A model generated the notes under the pieces. The model made no database searches. It was not told the origin of the DNA and saw nothing but the letters and a program-made list of their open reading frames with translations. Below, piece after piece: positions 13,976-27,942 of a stretch of 64,000 bases of DNA (positions are counted from its first letter, which is position 1; each line of letters starts with the position of its first letter). The DNA is from Octopus sinensis (taxonomy: Eukaryota). The stretch lies in the NCBI RefSeq assembly GCF_006345805.1, contig NC_043014.1, positions 21,018,001 through 21,082,000 of the forward strand, read 5' to 3'. The translations under genes were made by a program, and so were the position numbers.

Positions 13976-15103
13976 ATGAGGAGGAGGGGGAAGAAGTGGA
14001 GGGTTGTTGAAACTGATGATTGTATCAGTGTTAAGAAGAATGATGATGATGATGATGATGACGACGACGACAACGACGACGACGATGATGATGATGATAT
14101 CTCTTCCTGCACACCTAAATAAAGAGAAGTAACAAAAATGCATCAAAAATATTTTCCTTTAAATATATTTTTAAGAAAATAAATTATAAAATACGAGTGC
14201 AATGCCAACAATCACAATAACCTTCTTCTTCTTCTTCTTCTTCTTCTTCTTCTTCTTCTTCGTCTTCTTCTTCTTCTTCTTCTTCTGCTTTGTCGTCGTC
14301 GTCATCGTCGTGGTCGTTGTAGTTGTCATCACCATCTTTCGTCTTCTTGAAGAAAAAATAGATACTAACAATAGCAACAACAGCAGCAACAACAACAACA
14401 CCAACGACAGTTGCAACTATGACTTTAACTACAACGCTAACAAAATGATAATATTAATTTAATGAGTGATGTGGCGAAATTGGAAGAGGCAGACGATAAG
14501 ATGTGAGTCATTTTGCTTTTTCTCACCTGACGTCTGTTGCAATGAGATACTTTGTTGAGATTTTTAGCAGATTGCTGGAGAATTAGTGAAGAGATGTTTC
14601 TCAAGAGGTGAAAGTTAAATGTTTTATGCTAGAGACTTCGGTTTTCTTACATTTTTTTATATTCTATTTTATTTATTGTTCTTTTGTAGGCGGAATGGTA
14701 TTATGTTTTTGAGGGGGGTTTTCGGTTATATATTTGTTTCTTTTCATTTCTCGTTATTTTGAAAGAAACTAGAAGATTTTACTTTTGTTATTGCTGTCGC
14801 TCTTGTTATAGTTGTTGTTGTTCTTGTTGTTGTAGAAGTGGTGGTGGTAGTGGTGGTAGTGGTGGTAGTGGCGGTTGTTCTCAGAAGTGAAGGCGGTAGC
14901 GGCGGTGACGAGAGATGATGGCGAATATTCGCTTCATTTCTTGTTGATTTTTGCATTTTCTACTCTTGTAAATTTTCTTTTATATATTCACGAAATTTTT
15001 AAATGGGAAGAGTAGAAATTATTATAAATATGTATGTGTATCTGTATACATTTATGCGTTGTGTGTGTGTGCGTTTGTGTATATGCGCCTGTATGTATGT
15101 AAG

Positions 15104-15222
<119 letters not shown>

Positions 15223-15537
15223 GTATGCATATATATATATACATATATATATACACATCTATGTATATGTGTGTGGCGAGGTTAAAGGTGTATATGAGTC
15301 CATACATTCATATGTGTGTTTTTGTAAGTATTTCCACTTTAATAATGAATAAATGGAGAACGAAAGCGAAAAATAAATGGGGTTTTTTTTTCAAAATTGA
15401 GGATACATATGTATATGTGGAAGGGATTGGGTGATTTTTCTTTTCTCGTGTAGTAGATTTTGCTCTCCTCTCTTCTTCTTCCTCTCCCTCTCTCTTTTTC
15501 TCTTACCCTCTCACTCACTCTTTGAATGAAACTAAAT

Positions 15538-15573
<36 letters not shown>

Positions 15574-15615
15574 TTATAGAGAGAGGGATAGATAGATAGA
15601 GAGATGATCGATAGT

Positions 15616-15675
<60 letters not shown>

Positions 15676-15999
15676 GACATACGTACATACACATACACAA
15701 TCTTACAAAGACGACTAAACTGAAAGCTCGAAGTTACAGTGAGCCTTTTCCTTGTTAAACTAATATATATACATATCTAAATATGTTTATGCGTGTTGTG
15801 TATATGCATGTGTGTGCGTGTGCGTGCGCGTGATAAGAGGTTTATTTGGGCAAATGGCTTCTACTATAGCCTTAGGTCATCCAAAACCTTGTGAGTGGAT
15901 TTCGTAGACTGAAACTGAAAGAAGACCATCGTATATCTATATATACGCGCGCGCGCGTGTATCCGTGGGTGGTTAAAGTGCTCAGTTTCTGTGGTGTCG

Positions 16000-16650
16000 G
16001 ATGAAATCCACTTGAATTTCTTGCGAAAGTGACTTCTTCAATCTCGTGTTGACCAATATCTTACGAGTGGAATTCTTAGGGAGAAACTTCTTATACATAT
16101 TTTTCCATTTCATTTACTTGTCTTCTTTACTCTCATTTTTTGTTTTGCAATCCTCTTTTTTACATGCAAGTATTTGTCCTGACTATACAAGATATTCTAA
16201 CCTGAACCAGAAACGGTTCTATGGCTCTCTTTATATACCACCCCAAGCAATTTTCTTCAGAGTATATACAACTTTCACAGCTGCGTGTGGCCATTCTCGG
16301 AGACCTTTTCTGGCATATAACTATACCATCTTATTTCTGTAGGTACTTTCAGTGCTGGCATAACATAACTTCCAGTCTATGTAATCCCAACTCAGCCATC
16401 TCTATGCACGTAAAATTTTGAACAGCCAGAGACAACGCGGTTAATTATTTTCTCTCCGTCTCTATGTCACCCATTATGCTGTTTGTGTTTTGTTTGATTA
16501 CATTTGTCTTTGATGGTTTCAGCTGGAGAATCTTAAATCCTGTGTCGCAGCCAAGTATCTTTCAGTCTCGGCTTTTGAGTTAGTGATTCCACTTTTCATA
16601 CGTTGGTGAGGATTTTCTTGGCATCGCCTTATGAAAGCAGTCTTTAGTCC
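16000..16650 (-). mobile_element. Old R4/Dong fragment
   Basis: Minus-strand remnants SKAETERYLAATQD, INRVVSGCSK and YIDWKLC with frameshifts. Confidence 0.65.
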
Positions 16651-16715
16651 TAATTTTAACTTATTATTATTATCATTTCTACAACTACTACTACTGCTGC
16701 TGCTACTACTGCTGT

Positions 16716-16789
<74 letters not shown>

Positions 16790-17040
16790 GTCTAGTGGTT
16801 AGGGTGTTGCACTGACGATTGCGAGATCGTGGTTTCAATTACTAGACACTGAGTAGTGCGTTGTGTTCATCTTACGTTGCTCTGCGATCACTTCGACATC
16901 TGACGCATAGCACATCACCTGCACCTTTTCAGGCAATGTTGATTTGATGGGGAGAGTGTGCTAATATGCGGCACGAACATTTAATCACTATAAGCATTTC
17001 TGTAGGTCGTTCGGCAAAAGCTGAACGCTCATACATCGGG
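16790..17040 (+). mobile_element. Probable further tRNA-headed SINE (family E)
   Basis: tagtggttagggtgttgcactgacgattgcgagatcgtggtttcaatt resembles a tRNA A/B box head. Only one copy in the window. Confidence 0.45.
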
Positions 17041-17047
17041 AGAGTCC

Positions 17048-17094
<47 letters not shown>

Positions 17095-17130
17095 AATCAT
17101 CATCATCATCATCGTTATCATTATCATCAC

Positions 17131-17173
<43 letters not shown>

Positions 17174-17237
17174 AATAATAATAATAATAATAATAATGAT
17201 AATAATAATAATAATAATAATGATGATAATAATAATA

Positions 17238-17291
<54 letters not shown>

Positions 17292-17300
17292 TAATAATAA

Positions 17301-18440
17301 CGATTGGATGCTAAAACTTGTTGAAAAACATGAAAGACCGAAAAAACTACACTCTATTCTGAAAGAGAGCGAAAAATTCGCTACTGATCTCTTAGATACC
17401 TACCAGATTGATCAGGTTGAAGGAAATGCACCAACTGCTGCTGCAAAGAAAATAAAATTAATTGCAAAGACAAAAGAAAATGAAAAATTAGCTAGCGGAT
17501 GGGAACAGAAACCTCTGCATGGCAAGTATGTGGCCCGTAGCAAACAAGCTGATGTCGACCAGAAACACAGGCACCAATGGTTACGAAGCTCAGGGCTAAA
17601 AGCAGAGAGTGAAGGTTTCATATTAGCTGCTCAAGACCAAAGCTTATTAACCCGGAATTACCAAGCCAATGTGATAAAAAATGGAGCTGACCCAAAATGC
17701 CGATTCTGTAACGATGAGATTGAAACTATAGACCACCTAATCTCAGGGTGTAGAGTCTTAGCACCTGTAGAATATAAAGGAAGACATGACAGAGTCGACC
17801 AGTATTTACATTGGACTATATGTCGGCATTATAACATCAAAACCGCTGACAAATGGTATAACCACCATCCTGAAGCTGTAACTGAGTGAGAAAATGTGTC
17901 GATTCTATGGGACTTCCCCGTACATGCCGACAAAACTATAAAAGCTAATAAACCGGATATTATTATAAAAGATCAGACAAAAAAGATGTGTTTATTAATT
18001 GACATGAGTATTCCTTGTGATCACAATATAGCGGCGAAAGAATTTGACACGATCAGTAAATATAAAGACTTGCTAATAAAAATTGCGAAAAATGTGGCAT
18101 CTCAAGGCGACTACAGTATCAGTGATTGTAGGATCTCTAGGAATGATAAAAAAAAGGGTACTGAAACCTATTTGAAAACGATACCAGGCTTACCACCCCT
18201 ACAGGAAGTGCAAAAAATCGTATTAACTGGAACGGCTCATGTACTGAGAAGAGCATTATCGCTGTGAAAACAACATCCATTCATGAATTTATTTATTTAT
18301 TAATTTTTAAATACATATTTTATCTGTGAATTTGCGCGTGTAATATGGGAATGCATACAATGAGCTTCTCTGCCCTAGGTGTACGGAAAACACTCGGCGA
18401 GAAACGGAAGCAAATTTGAAGAAAGAAGGAAAAAAATAAT
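17301..18440 (+). mobile_element. 5'-truncated R4/Dong copy, same family as 4112-7894
   Basis: ORFs 17308-17889 and 17896-18267 align with the C-terminus of the long copy (KPLHGKY, SGLKAESEGFILAAQDQ, CRFC, KPDII, LIDMSIPCD). Similar 3' UTR. (AAT)n on both sides. Confidence 0.93.
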
Positions 18441-18446
18441 AATAAT

Positions 18447-20535
18447 ATTCAGCAGTCTTATTTTTTTCACGTGTTTTCACTGCACGACCGAGCGTAGCTC
18501 TCTGTGCCTTGGGTATGTGTGTAGTTTGTTATTATGCTCTTATTTTCACTGTATTGAAAGTGTTTTACGTAGGATGTGTGCAATGCCTAGTAGTGCTATA
18601 TTCTGTATGTTATATGTACACGTAAGTCTTGTTTTCTTTTGTTATGTATTTGTCTGAATGTTTCTTTTATCATACCTAATGCGCCTACTATGATAGGAAT
18701 TGTTTCTCACTCCACATTCAAATTACCTCTATTTCCACATCTTTGTATTTTAAATGCTTCTCCGTTTCTTTTAGAGAAACTATCATCTGTTGGTATTGAT
18801 ACATCGATTTGAAAGCATTTGTTTTAGTGATCTCTGACAACTATATCCGACCTATTGCCCTTAATTTCTCTATGTGTGTATTGTCATATCCCAGAGTATT
18901 GTTGCTTTCTTATTTTCTGGGACCTTTTCTGGCGTATGCCTATACCATCTTTTTTCGGTTGTTATTCCATAGTGTTGGTATATCTTCCAGTGTATATAGG
19001 TCCCAAATCTGTCGTGCCTGTGAATATATTCGTTCTTAGCCAGGACTGGGCAGTCAGAGACAAAATGATTTATTGTTTCTACTGCATCACCACATATTCC
19101 GCAGTTATTTGTATGTCTTTTCATTGCATGTTTTTGGTAATTTCTGATGGGAAGGCTTTGATCTTGTGCTGCAATTAAAGATCCTTCAGGTCTCTGCTTT
19201 GAGTCCTTAGCTTCTAAGCCATTGTTGCGATTTTGCTTTGTCTATTTCTTTTCTGTTTAGTTTAACCCGATATTTGCCATGAAGGGGCTTTTCTTACCAT
19301 CATTTTATCATGACTCGTTGCTGTTCCAGTTTCGGTTTGGATTTCAGTTGTTTTACAGCTTTTGTTGTTTCTTCTTTTTCTTCATAGTTATTGTACTATG
19401 ATTTCATTTTTGTATTTGTCAGCTTCCTTAAAGACTGAAAACAGCTTTTTTGTTTTGTTCGTATTTTTGGGGTATTTGTATTAGTTCCCCTTGTTTCTGA
19501 AGTAGGTATTTCTGCAGTCCTATGATTTTTATTTTGCAATTGTTTTCTAGCTGTATAAGTCCTCTACCACCTTCCACACCGTGTATATATAGCCTTTCTA
19601 TATCAGATTTTGGATGGTGCATCCTAAATTCTGTTTTATTTTTCTTCTCTTCCAGTCAGTTTTGATTAGTTCAGTTAGAATCCAGTTAAGAATATTGTAG
19701 CTGTAACATAACTGGGACGGCTAGTGTTGATACCTATTATTTTGTTTTTCGCATTGAGCCCTATTTTCAGTATTAATCTATAATATTCAGTATTAATCTA
19801 TAATATTCCTTTTTCTTTCTTCTTTTTGATTTGTGTGTGGTGTATCGTTCATTGATTCCTAAATATTTGAATATTAGGCTTTGGCCTAATTCTCTTATTT
19901 AATTTACTTTATCTTATGTGATATTGCTGCTCTTAACTAGTTTTCCTCTTTTCATGGTTGCTTTGACACATTTTTCTAAGCCAAATTTCATGTTTATTTC
20001 TTTGGTAAATCTATGTACTGTCTGTAGTAATGTTTCCAGTCATTTATCATTTGTAGTGTACAGTTTTAGATCATCGATACACAAGATATGGCTGATTGTT
20101 TTGCCGTAGCACTTGTATCCACATCCAGTTCTGTTTAGCTTGTCAGGTAAAGGTGTTAGTATCAAGCAGAAAAGGAATGGAGAGAGCGTGTTTATCTGGA
20201 ATATTCCTCTTCTAATGGAGCTGGCTTTGGTTTTTATGAGTCCCGCTTTTGTCTGGAGTTGTAGCACTGTCTGCCATTTATTCATGGAATGTTTTATATA
20301 TTCTATGATTATTGGTGCTACCTTGTTCATGGCTAGTGTTTCTAAGATCCATGTGTGGGGAATACTACCAAAAGCCTTTCGGTAATCGATCCAGGCCATA
20401 CTTAGACCCTTTCTGCGGCTGTCTTCAGTTATGCCTTTATTGATCAAGAGCTGATCCTTACAGCCGTATGAGCGCTTGCAGCATCCCTTCTGCTCTTCTG
20501 GAAACAGGTTGTTTTCTTCCCGATGTTTTCCCATT
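18447..20535 (-). mobile_element. 5'-truncated R4/Dong copy (different subfamily), tail-to-tail with 17301-18440
   Basis: [87 protein letters not shown]. Confidence 0.92.
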
Positions 20536-20618
20536 CTCTCACCACCAAAACCACCACCACCACCTCCACCACCATCACCACCACCGTCACCGCCACCACC
20601 ACCACCACCACCACCACC

Positions 20619-20650
<32 letters not shown>

Positions 20651-20684
20651 CACCACCTCCACCATAGTGAAGCTGGAGGTATTG

Positions 20685-20830
20685 TTTTCACTCGTGTTTG
20701 TTTTTCCGTGGACAAGATATCTCAAGACCTGCTGGATGGATTCGAATGAAACTTTCAGTGACTTGCACGATCTGATTAGATTTTGGGATCCATCAGGTAC
20801 GGGACAAGGATTCTGGATTATTTGTTACAT
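20685..20830 (+). mobile_element. Probable non-autonomous Helitron/Helentron-like (DINE-1/HINE-like) core
   Basis: gatatctcaagacctgctggatggattcgaatgaaactt resembles the HINE core. A 39-bp block (gggatc..ggacaaggattctggattattt) recurs at ~21442-21480. Confidence 0.4.
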
Positions 20831-21189
20831 TTACTTTACTTTACATGAAGTATTACGATCTTACGTTGACTTTCAAGTCCTTCTCTGATTATCTCCCCTG
20901 GAATCACGCTCATGGTTTCCATGTAAGTTATGGCGGCGTTGCTGCTTTCAAAGTTTTATTTTCGTTTCTCTATTATTAATTTTACTCGCGTCTCTATCTT
21001 GGTAGAAACTGATGGATAAAGAAATCAAACTACATAAACAAACGGCAGCAAAACCGTTCAGTAATTAAATAATACTAACATGTTCAGTAACAATAATAAA
21101 TTTAATTTATCCTCTTTAATTTTTAGTTTTGCCAATTTTTAATATATCACTCCTGTTTTAAACCTCTTTCCTACTTGACATTTGCATTT

Positions 21190-21400
21190 CTAGCTCTGCC
21201 TTGAAGGAAGCTTTACTTCCTGGACTCATGCTTTTGTGCGCAACGATGTTGTTAAACCTCCGTTAACAGCAAGGATAAATTTTTCACTATAGACCTTAAT
21301 GGTCATAAAGACACTATATCAGTGGATTTACTAAAAAAGGGCTTCATAAAGAAAACCATTCCTGTTCCCACTGCAGACGATACACGCACAGCATTACAAG
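21190..21400 (+). mobile_element. Gypsy-type LTR retrotransposon integrase C-terminal remnant
   Basis: Frameshifted THAFVRNDVVKPPL and KDKFFTIDLNGHKDTISVDLLK resemble the Gypsy pol tail (HVFVRxDAVRxPL..KxFxxxxNG+xDxVSxDRLK). Confidence 0.6.
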
Positions 21401-21559
21401 CACAGCCCGCACACCCATCTTCACATTCTATGACTACCATTGGGATCGATCAGGTACCGGACAAGGATTCTGGATTATTTTTCCGGTATTTTTTACTTAA
21501 TGTTTGAGAGCGAAATTCTCGTTTGTGAGAGCAGTCGAGTTTATTTAAGCAAACAGTTT

Positions 21560-22291
21560 TGTATGATGATATTCTCCTGTCGTTTTATTCATTCCTCCAG
21601 GACATGATGTTAATAACCCGCAAAATAAAATTTCTCCTCATACATTCTGAGAAGTGAAAGTGAAGCAGATTCAGAATATTTTCTGAGAATATGCACTTTC
21701 AAGTCTTATTCAAAACTGCAGCCGTTTGAAACGAAATGTTCGGCAAGTTCTGTCGAACTACTGTTATTGTGCCTGACGTCGAATCTGTGCCCATTAAATC
21801 TTTTGTTTAATTGTTCTGTTGTACGACCAACATAAATCAAGTTGTGCTTCGTGCATTCTGTCACGTGCACTAAATGGGAATCTCTACATGTCCCACCTTC
21901 TGTATAAATCATAACACTTTTGTTATGATTCCTGATGAAATTCACTTGACTCATGTTGTTGCGCAATGAACAGGGCTTACCTCTCTTGTGGCTGTTTTTC
22001 AAGGTACAGCGTGTAGATACTCCAATGTTCGTTTCCTTAGAGTCAGAAATAGAGGCCAATAATTCTCTTATATTCTTATGCCGACCAAAGGCTACAAAAA
22101 GCGGTTGAGGAAGTTTGGAACAAGGATATTTTTTCGCCACATGCTGGTAACTTTCATGCAATACTTTTGAAATGCTAGCAAAATGTCGGTGCCAGTTAAT
22201 CACTAAAGGAATTGTGTCATCTATTTTATTGTGTTTGCTAAAATTATGCGAGAAGGTTTTACTATTTTTGCTAATCTTAGCTATTTCATTT
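21560..22291 (-). mobile_element. Penelope-like element fragment: RT-EN linker and GIY-YIG endonuclease
   Basis: IPLVINWH..VLH..PLFVAFGRHKNIRELL, then CTKHNLIYVGRTTEQLNKRFNGH..ELAEHF, with downstream SCPGGMNK resembling the PLE P-x-G-x-N terminus. Confidence 0.85.
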
Positions 22292-22925
22292 GAAAGGGCT
22301 CCGACAATTATTGGTACTACAACCACCTTTTTCAGGGACCACAACTGCTTAACCTCTCAAGCCAACCTGACATATCTATAGACTTTTCTTTCTTCCTTTT
22401 CGCATAACTTGTTGTCAGATGGGCATGCTATATCTATGATCCAGCATCGTTTGCTTTCATTCTCAATTAGCATTATGTCTGGCTTCCTATTCTCTATCTC
22501 ATGGTCGCAATGAATCATAAAATCCCATACGATTACTGCATTATCATTTTCGATGATGTCTTCGGGTTTATGTTCGTACCACTTTTTTTCTCTGTCAAGT
22601 CCATATTTGTTGCAAAGTGTCCAATGGACAATCCTTGCTATATTGTCATGATGTTTTTTATATTGTTTCTGGACTAGTGACGTACATTGGCTGGTAATAT
22701 GCCATTCAGTTTGACCATTTTGTCCACAAATTCTGCACTTATCACTTTGTGATATGATGTCTTTTCTGTATTTGATGTAATTCGTTCTTAGTGCTTGCTC
22801 TTGGGCAGCACAAATTAGAACCTCCGTTTCCGGTTTTAAATCACTTTTAGTCATCCATAGCCCTCTTTTTTCTCTGTCTGTCTTATCTTCAACATCCATG
22901 AAATTATCCATGCATTCTTTACTTT
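22292..22925 (-). mobile_element. R4/Dong RLE-domain fragment
   Basis: ORF 22357-22911: LKPETEVLICAAQEQAL, CRIC..HITSQC..HHDNIARIVHW, KPDIML..IIDIACP, followed by VVPIIVGAL. The 5' end abuts an (AAT)n array. Confidence 0.92.
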
Positions 22926-22968
22926 ATTATTATTATTGTTGTTGTTGTTGCTATTATTGTTGTTGTTG

Positions 22969-23032
<64 letters not shown>

Positions 23033-23496
23033 CATTATCATCATTATAATTATTATCATTATTATTATTATTCGAAATATACTTGTTGATCTTGCAACAC
23101 TGACCACTCATATTATTCTGCTCTTGCATATTGAATATCTAACCTTAAACGAAATCCAGATACACATAACGAAAGCATCCGGTAAAAATTATAAACTAAT
23201 AGTGAACAGGTAATAGTGTGGAAGCAAAAGCATTCATCTAGATAACAATTTTGTATTATAGGTTATCATAACTGCTGAGTAGCAAGGAGGTGAACTGGCA
23301 GAATAGTTAGCACGTCCGTCTTTTTGTTTCTGAGTTCAAATTCTGCTGAAGTCCACCTTCCCTTTCATCCTTTCGGAGTTGTGCAATGGGATCGATGTAA
23401 TCGATTTAGCTCTCCTCCAAAATTTCAGGCCTTTTGCTTATTGCGGAAAGGATTATTGTTGAGTATCGGTGGGCAGATGTGATGAAAGACCTTCAT

Positions 23497-23676
23497 AGGC
23501 GCAGGAGTGGCTGTGTGGTAAGTAGCTTGCTTACAAACCAGATGCTTCCGGGTTCAGTCCCACTGTGTAGCCCCTTGGGCAAGTGTCTTCTACTATAGCC
23601 TCGGGCCGACCAAAGCCTTGTGAGTGGATCTAGTAGACGGAAACTGAAAGGAGCCCTTTGTATATATGTATATATG

Positions 23677-23743
<67 letters not shown>

Positions 23744-23964
23744 TGTGTGTGTGTATGTGTGTGTGTCCCAATATCGCTTGACAACCGATGCTGGTGTGTT
23801 TACGTCACCGTAACTCAGCGGTTCGACAAAAATAGACCGATAGAATAAGTACTAGGCTTACAAAGAATAAGTCCAGGGGTCGATTTGCTCGACTAAAGGC
23901 GGGGCTCCAGCATAGCCGCAATCAAATGACTGAAACAAGTAAAGGATTAAAGAGTAAAAGAGTA
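23497..23964 (+). mobile_element. Family A SINE, full length
   Basis: Aligns end to end with 3061-3537. Confidence 0.9.
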
Positions 23965-24214
23965 TATTAATAACAATATTTCAAACTGGATAAATTATTG
24001 ACTTCAAATTTTGGCACAAGACCATCAATTTCATCGACCCCATTGCTCAACTGGCAGGTACTTTATTCCCGAAGGGCATGAAAGGTAAAGTCGGAATTTG
24101 AACTCAGATCGTAAAGACGGACGAAATGCCGCTAAGTATTTTACCTGGCGTGTTAATGATTCTGCCAGCTCGCTGTCTTCGCTGGACAAATTATTAATAA
24201 ATAACAGTTAGAGA

Positions 24215-24935
24215 AGAAAATTCCTTTTATAATTTATGTCCGATTATCTTTTGAATACGATTTCGGCCGAGGCTGAAGTTAGCCATATTCAGTCGCAGTT
24301 CAAAGTGAACTCCTGCCTCTCGGTACCTTTTCATATTGAGCTTGATTTGTGAAGGAAGTTCTCTTATGTCTCTTCTGTACGTGCCGATTCTCAAGGGTAT
24401 CCCTTTCGAGCTGAGAAGCGGCAGAGCTGAAAGCATGTATGTGCGATGGTGTCAGATACCACGGGAGTAAAAGAAGTCAATTACATTATAAAAGAATACG
24501 AGGCGATGGTAAGAGCAAAGATAAATCCGGACAAGACAATGGGCTTGGAACTCAGCACCTGGAGAAGTAAGCCTATGTCATCGAAAAGCATCGTAGGTCG
24601 CCGGACAGACGGACTGGTTAAACTGTTCGAGGTCTCGTATGGTCCAGATCTCCAAGAGAGCAGGAATTGAGGGGTTCCAAGGAGGGTGGTCAGTCTCGGT
24701 TGGTCAGCGGAGAATGCCTGCATCGCGTCCATCATAACTCATCGCTAGACCGATGAGCTTTGCCCCAGACTGTTTGGTGAGATTGGAGCATCAGTTTTTC
24801 CGCTTCCTGTGGAAGGAATGAGTACCATTGGTCAAGCAGTTGGCAGCACCCTCTGGAAGTCGGACTCAATATTCTATGGTTCCTGAGGCTTCGCCACTTA
24901 CAGATTTTCGTGGATGGTGAGCAAGCGAGGTCTCT
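24215..24935 (+). mobile_element. L1/Tx1-like RT fragment, decayed
   Basis: VKEVNYIIKEYEAMVRAKINPDKTMGLELSTW resembles the Tx1 RT domain 6-7 region (Y..SGAKIN..KS.GL..G.W). Confidence 0.6.
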
Positions 24936-25149
24936 GTAAGACACGTTTGTCTGTCCTTGTTTGTCCCTTCTGTGTTTAGCCCCTTGTGAGTAGTAAAGAA
25001 ATAGGTATTTTGTCTGCTGTTACGTTCAGGGTTGATTAAATAAGTACCAGTTATACACTGGGGTCGATGTAATCGACTTAATCCCTTTGTCTGTCCTTGG
25101 TTGTCCCCTCTATGTTTAGCCTTCCTGTGGGCACCCAAAAATATATATT

Positions 25150-25490
25150 ATAGGTTCTGGTACTTTTTTGTATTGTTTCATTCCTTTATCACTCCCATGT
25201 TAAACAGTCAAACAACATCGATTAAGCCACTCATTCTTTCCTATTTATCCAGTATTGGGTGTAAATGTTCCATTTGCTTGTTCCTTTGAATTTTGATATC
25301 CTTATAGTACATTAAAATGGTTGTTTTCAAGACTGTGTTCTCTTTTATAGCCATACGCTTTTACTGTTGGTTTCGATCCCTATGTTTTGTACAAATTTGC
25401 CAATGTATGATTGTGGCAACTTTGCCATGTCTCCAGTTCTTATAGACCCTCTAAGCTCTCCTTTTACTTTCAGGGACTAAAGACACAATT
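25150..25490 (-). mobile_element. Very old R4/Dong RLE remnant
   Basis: Minus-strand RHGKVATIIHWQICTKH and LIDVV motifs amid stops. Confidence 0.55.
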
Positions 25491-26861
25491 GTCTCTTCTC
25501 TCTCACCACACATTTACATTCAAATGAGATGTCTTCCTTATCTATGTTCTTATTATTGTATCTCATTCTGATTTTCCTCCTGTGAAACTTGAATCAAACA
25601 CTCTGTGTCTCTTTAATTCTTACTTCCTTAACCATTGAAATGAAATGACTTTCGAGCGCGAGACCCTTCAGTATCTTGAAAAAGCTTTCCGTGTAAACTT
25701 TCCTATACCATCGTTACTTTCTAGTGCCGAGAACTTCACTTTTCTCTCTTGCTTCAGCTGACACATCAGCTTCTCATAATGGTATGAAAAGCGCCCGAAA
25801 GTATTTTTCATAAGTAACTGTGAGCTGCCTCTTTCTCTCTATAAAAACGAATTTGAGTAGACACTCTTGATAACAAGGCAATAATCAGTCGAAACTAATC
25901 GCGTGGGCGCAGGAAAGTTTGAGAGAAAGTGTGAGAAAATGAGAGAGAGAGAGAGAGATACCGATCTCCTGGTCGTAATAGATCACAAAGAATGAACTCA
26001 GTATTGAAAACAATGAATTGTGTAATTAGATTTATTCGTATTCTTTTTTCAGCAAAGTGTATATTCGCTAATCTTCAAGAGAGAATAAATATTAAAGTGC
26101 AGTGTGTTGAATATGTATTTATAGATCAGGGCAGTGGAGAGAACGAGAGCGAAAGAGAAAAGGGGAACATGGAGAAGAGAGCAAAAAAAATGTGGAAATA
26201 GGAAGAGAGAGGGAAGGAAGGAATGAGAAGAGTGTAGGAGTATATGGAAAGGCAATAAAAAAGGGAGGAATACTTGATAATCGCGCACTCGCGCGCGTAC
26301 ATTGCAAGTGTGTGTGCGCGCGCATGTGTTTGTGTGTGTGTGTGTGTGTGTGTACATATGTGGGCATGTGTGTGTGTGTGTGGTGTGTGTGTGTGTGTGT
26401 GTGTGTGAGAGTGAATGAGTGAGTGTGTGTGTGAATGTAAACACATGGATGTAAGTAAACAACAAAAAGAGTACTTGATACAGAGTACAGTACTCTTTTG
26501 TTTTTACATTTATTGAAGCCGACATTTTACATTTTGTAACTCAGTTTCACGCCTCCGATTCTCGGACAAAGTGCGAAGTCTTCATATTTTGGAGGAACGG
26601 AAATGTCGGAATGTGAACTGTCGGTTTCAATAAGTATGCTTGTATGCATGTATGTATGTGTTCATGCATGTATGTATGCACGTATGTATGTATGCATGTA
26701 TGCAAGTATTTATGCATGTATGTATGTGTGTATGTATTATATGTGTATGCATATTTGTTTGTCTGCATGTATGTATATATGTATGCATGTATGTATGTAT
26801 GCATGTACATATGTATGTATGCATGTATGTACATATGCATGCATGCATGTATGTATGCATG

Positions 26862-26911
<50 letters not shown>

Positions 26912-27540
26912 CATGCATGCATGTATGCATGTATATATATATATATATAATATATATATATGTATGCATGTATACATGTATGTATGCTTGTATGAGTGTA
27001 TGTATGTATGTATGTATGTATGCATGTATGTACACATATACACACACTTCGACTACAACGCAATACGCAAAAGTTGATGGCATGAGAAATATCTTATTGC
27101 ACTTGAAGTATTCCTTCTTCTTATTTAATCATTGTATTCTTATTAGAGAAATGATAGAAAGAAACTGGTTAACTGAATAAAACAAATCTCCACAACCTCT
27201 TTCTCATTCTTGCTTAAATCCCTCTTCCTTTCTTTCTTTCTCTCTTTAAATACACACTCTCACTCACTTTCTCTCACTATCTATCTATCTATCTATCTAG
27301 CTAGCTAGCTGTTTGCTTGTCTATCTCGCACCCAGTTACCTTCCATTCTGTTTTAAATTCCGTCTCTAAATTCTCCTCCTCATACAAACCTCCTTTTTCA
27401 TTTCGCTCTCTCTCCCTCTTTCTCTCTTTATGCATGTATGCATGTATCTATCTTTTTATCTGTCTATCTATCGATCTATCTATTTATCTATCTATCTATC
27501 TATCAATACACGCCCCCACCCACCCATATATATATATACT

Positions 27541-27942
27541 CTTACTCTTTTATTCTTTTACTTGTTTCAGTCATTTGACTGCGGCCATGCTGGAGCACCG
27601 CCTTTAGTCGAGCAAATCGACCCCGGGACTTATTCTTTGTAAGCCCAGTACTTACTCTATCGGTCTCTTTTGCCGAACCGCTAAGTTACAGGGACGTAAA
27701 CACACCAGCATCGGTTGTCAAGCGATGCTAGGGGGACACACAAACACACACACATATATATATATATACACATATATACGACAGGCTTCTTTCAGTTTCC
27801 GTCTACCAAATCCACTCACAAGGCATTGGTCGGCCCGGGGCTATAGCAAAAGACACTTGCCCAAGATGCCACGCAGTGGGACTGAACCCGGAACCAAGTG
27901 GTTGGTTAGCAAGCTACTTACCACACAGCCACTCCTGCGCCA
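27541..27942 (-). mobile_element. Family A SINE, full length
   Basis: Reverse complement of the family A consensus. Confidence 0.9.

Noticed and set aside
20401-20430. Minus-strand CTGAAGA..GAAA..TA hammerhead-like string
   Set aside because: It lies inside Dong RT coding sequence ([11 protein letters not shown]), and stems II and III cannot pair. Chance match.
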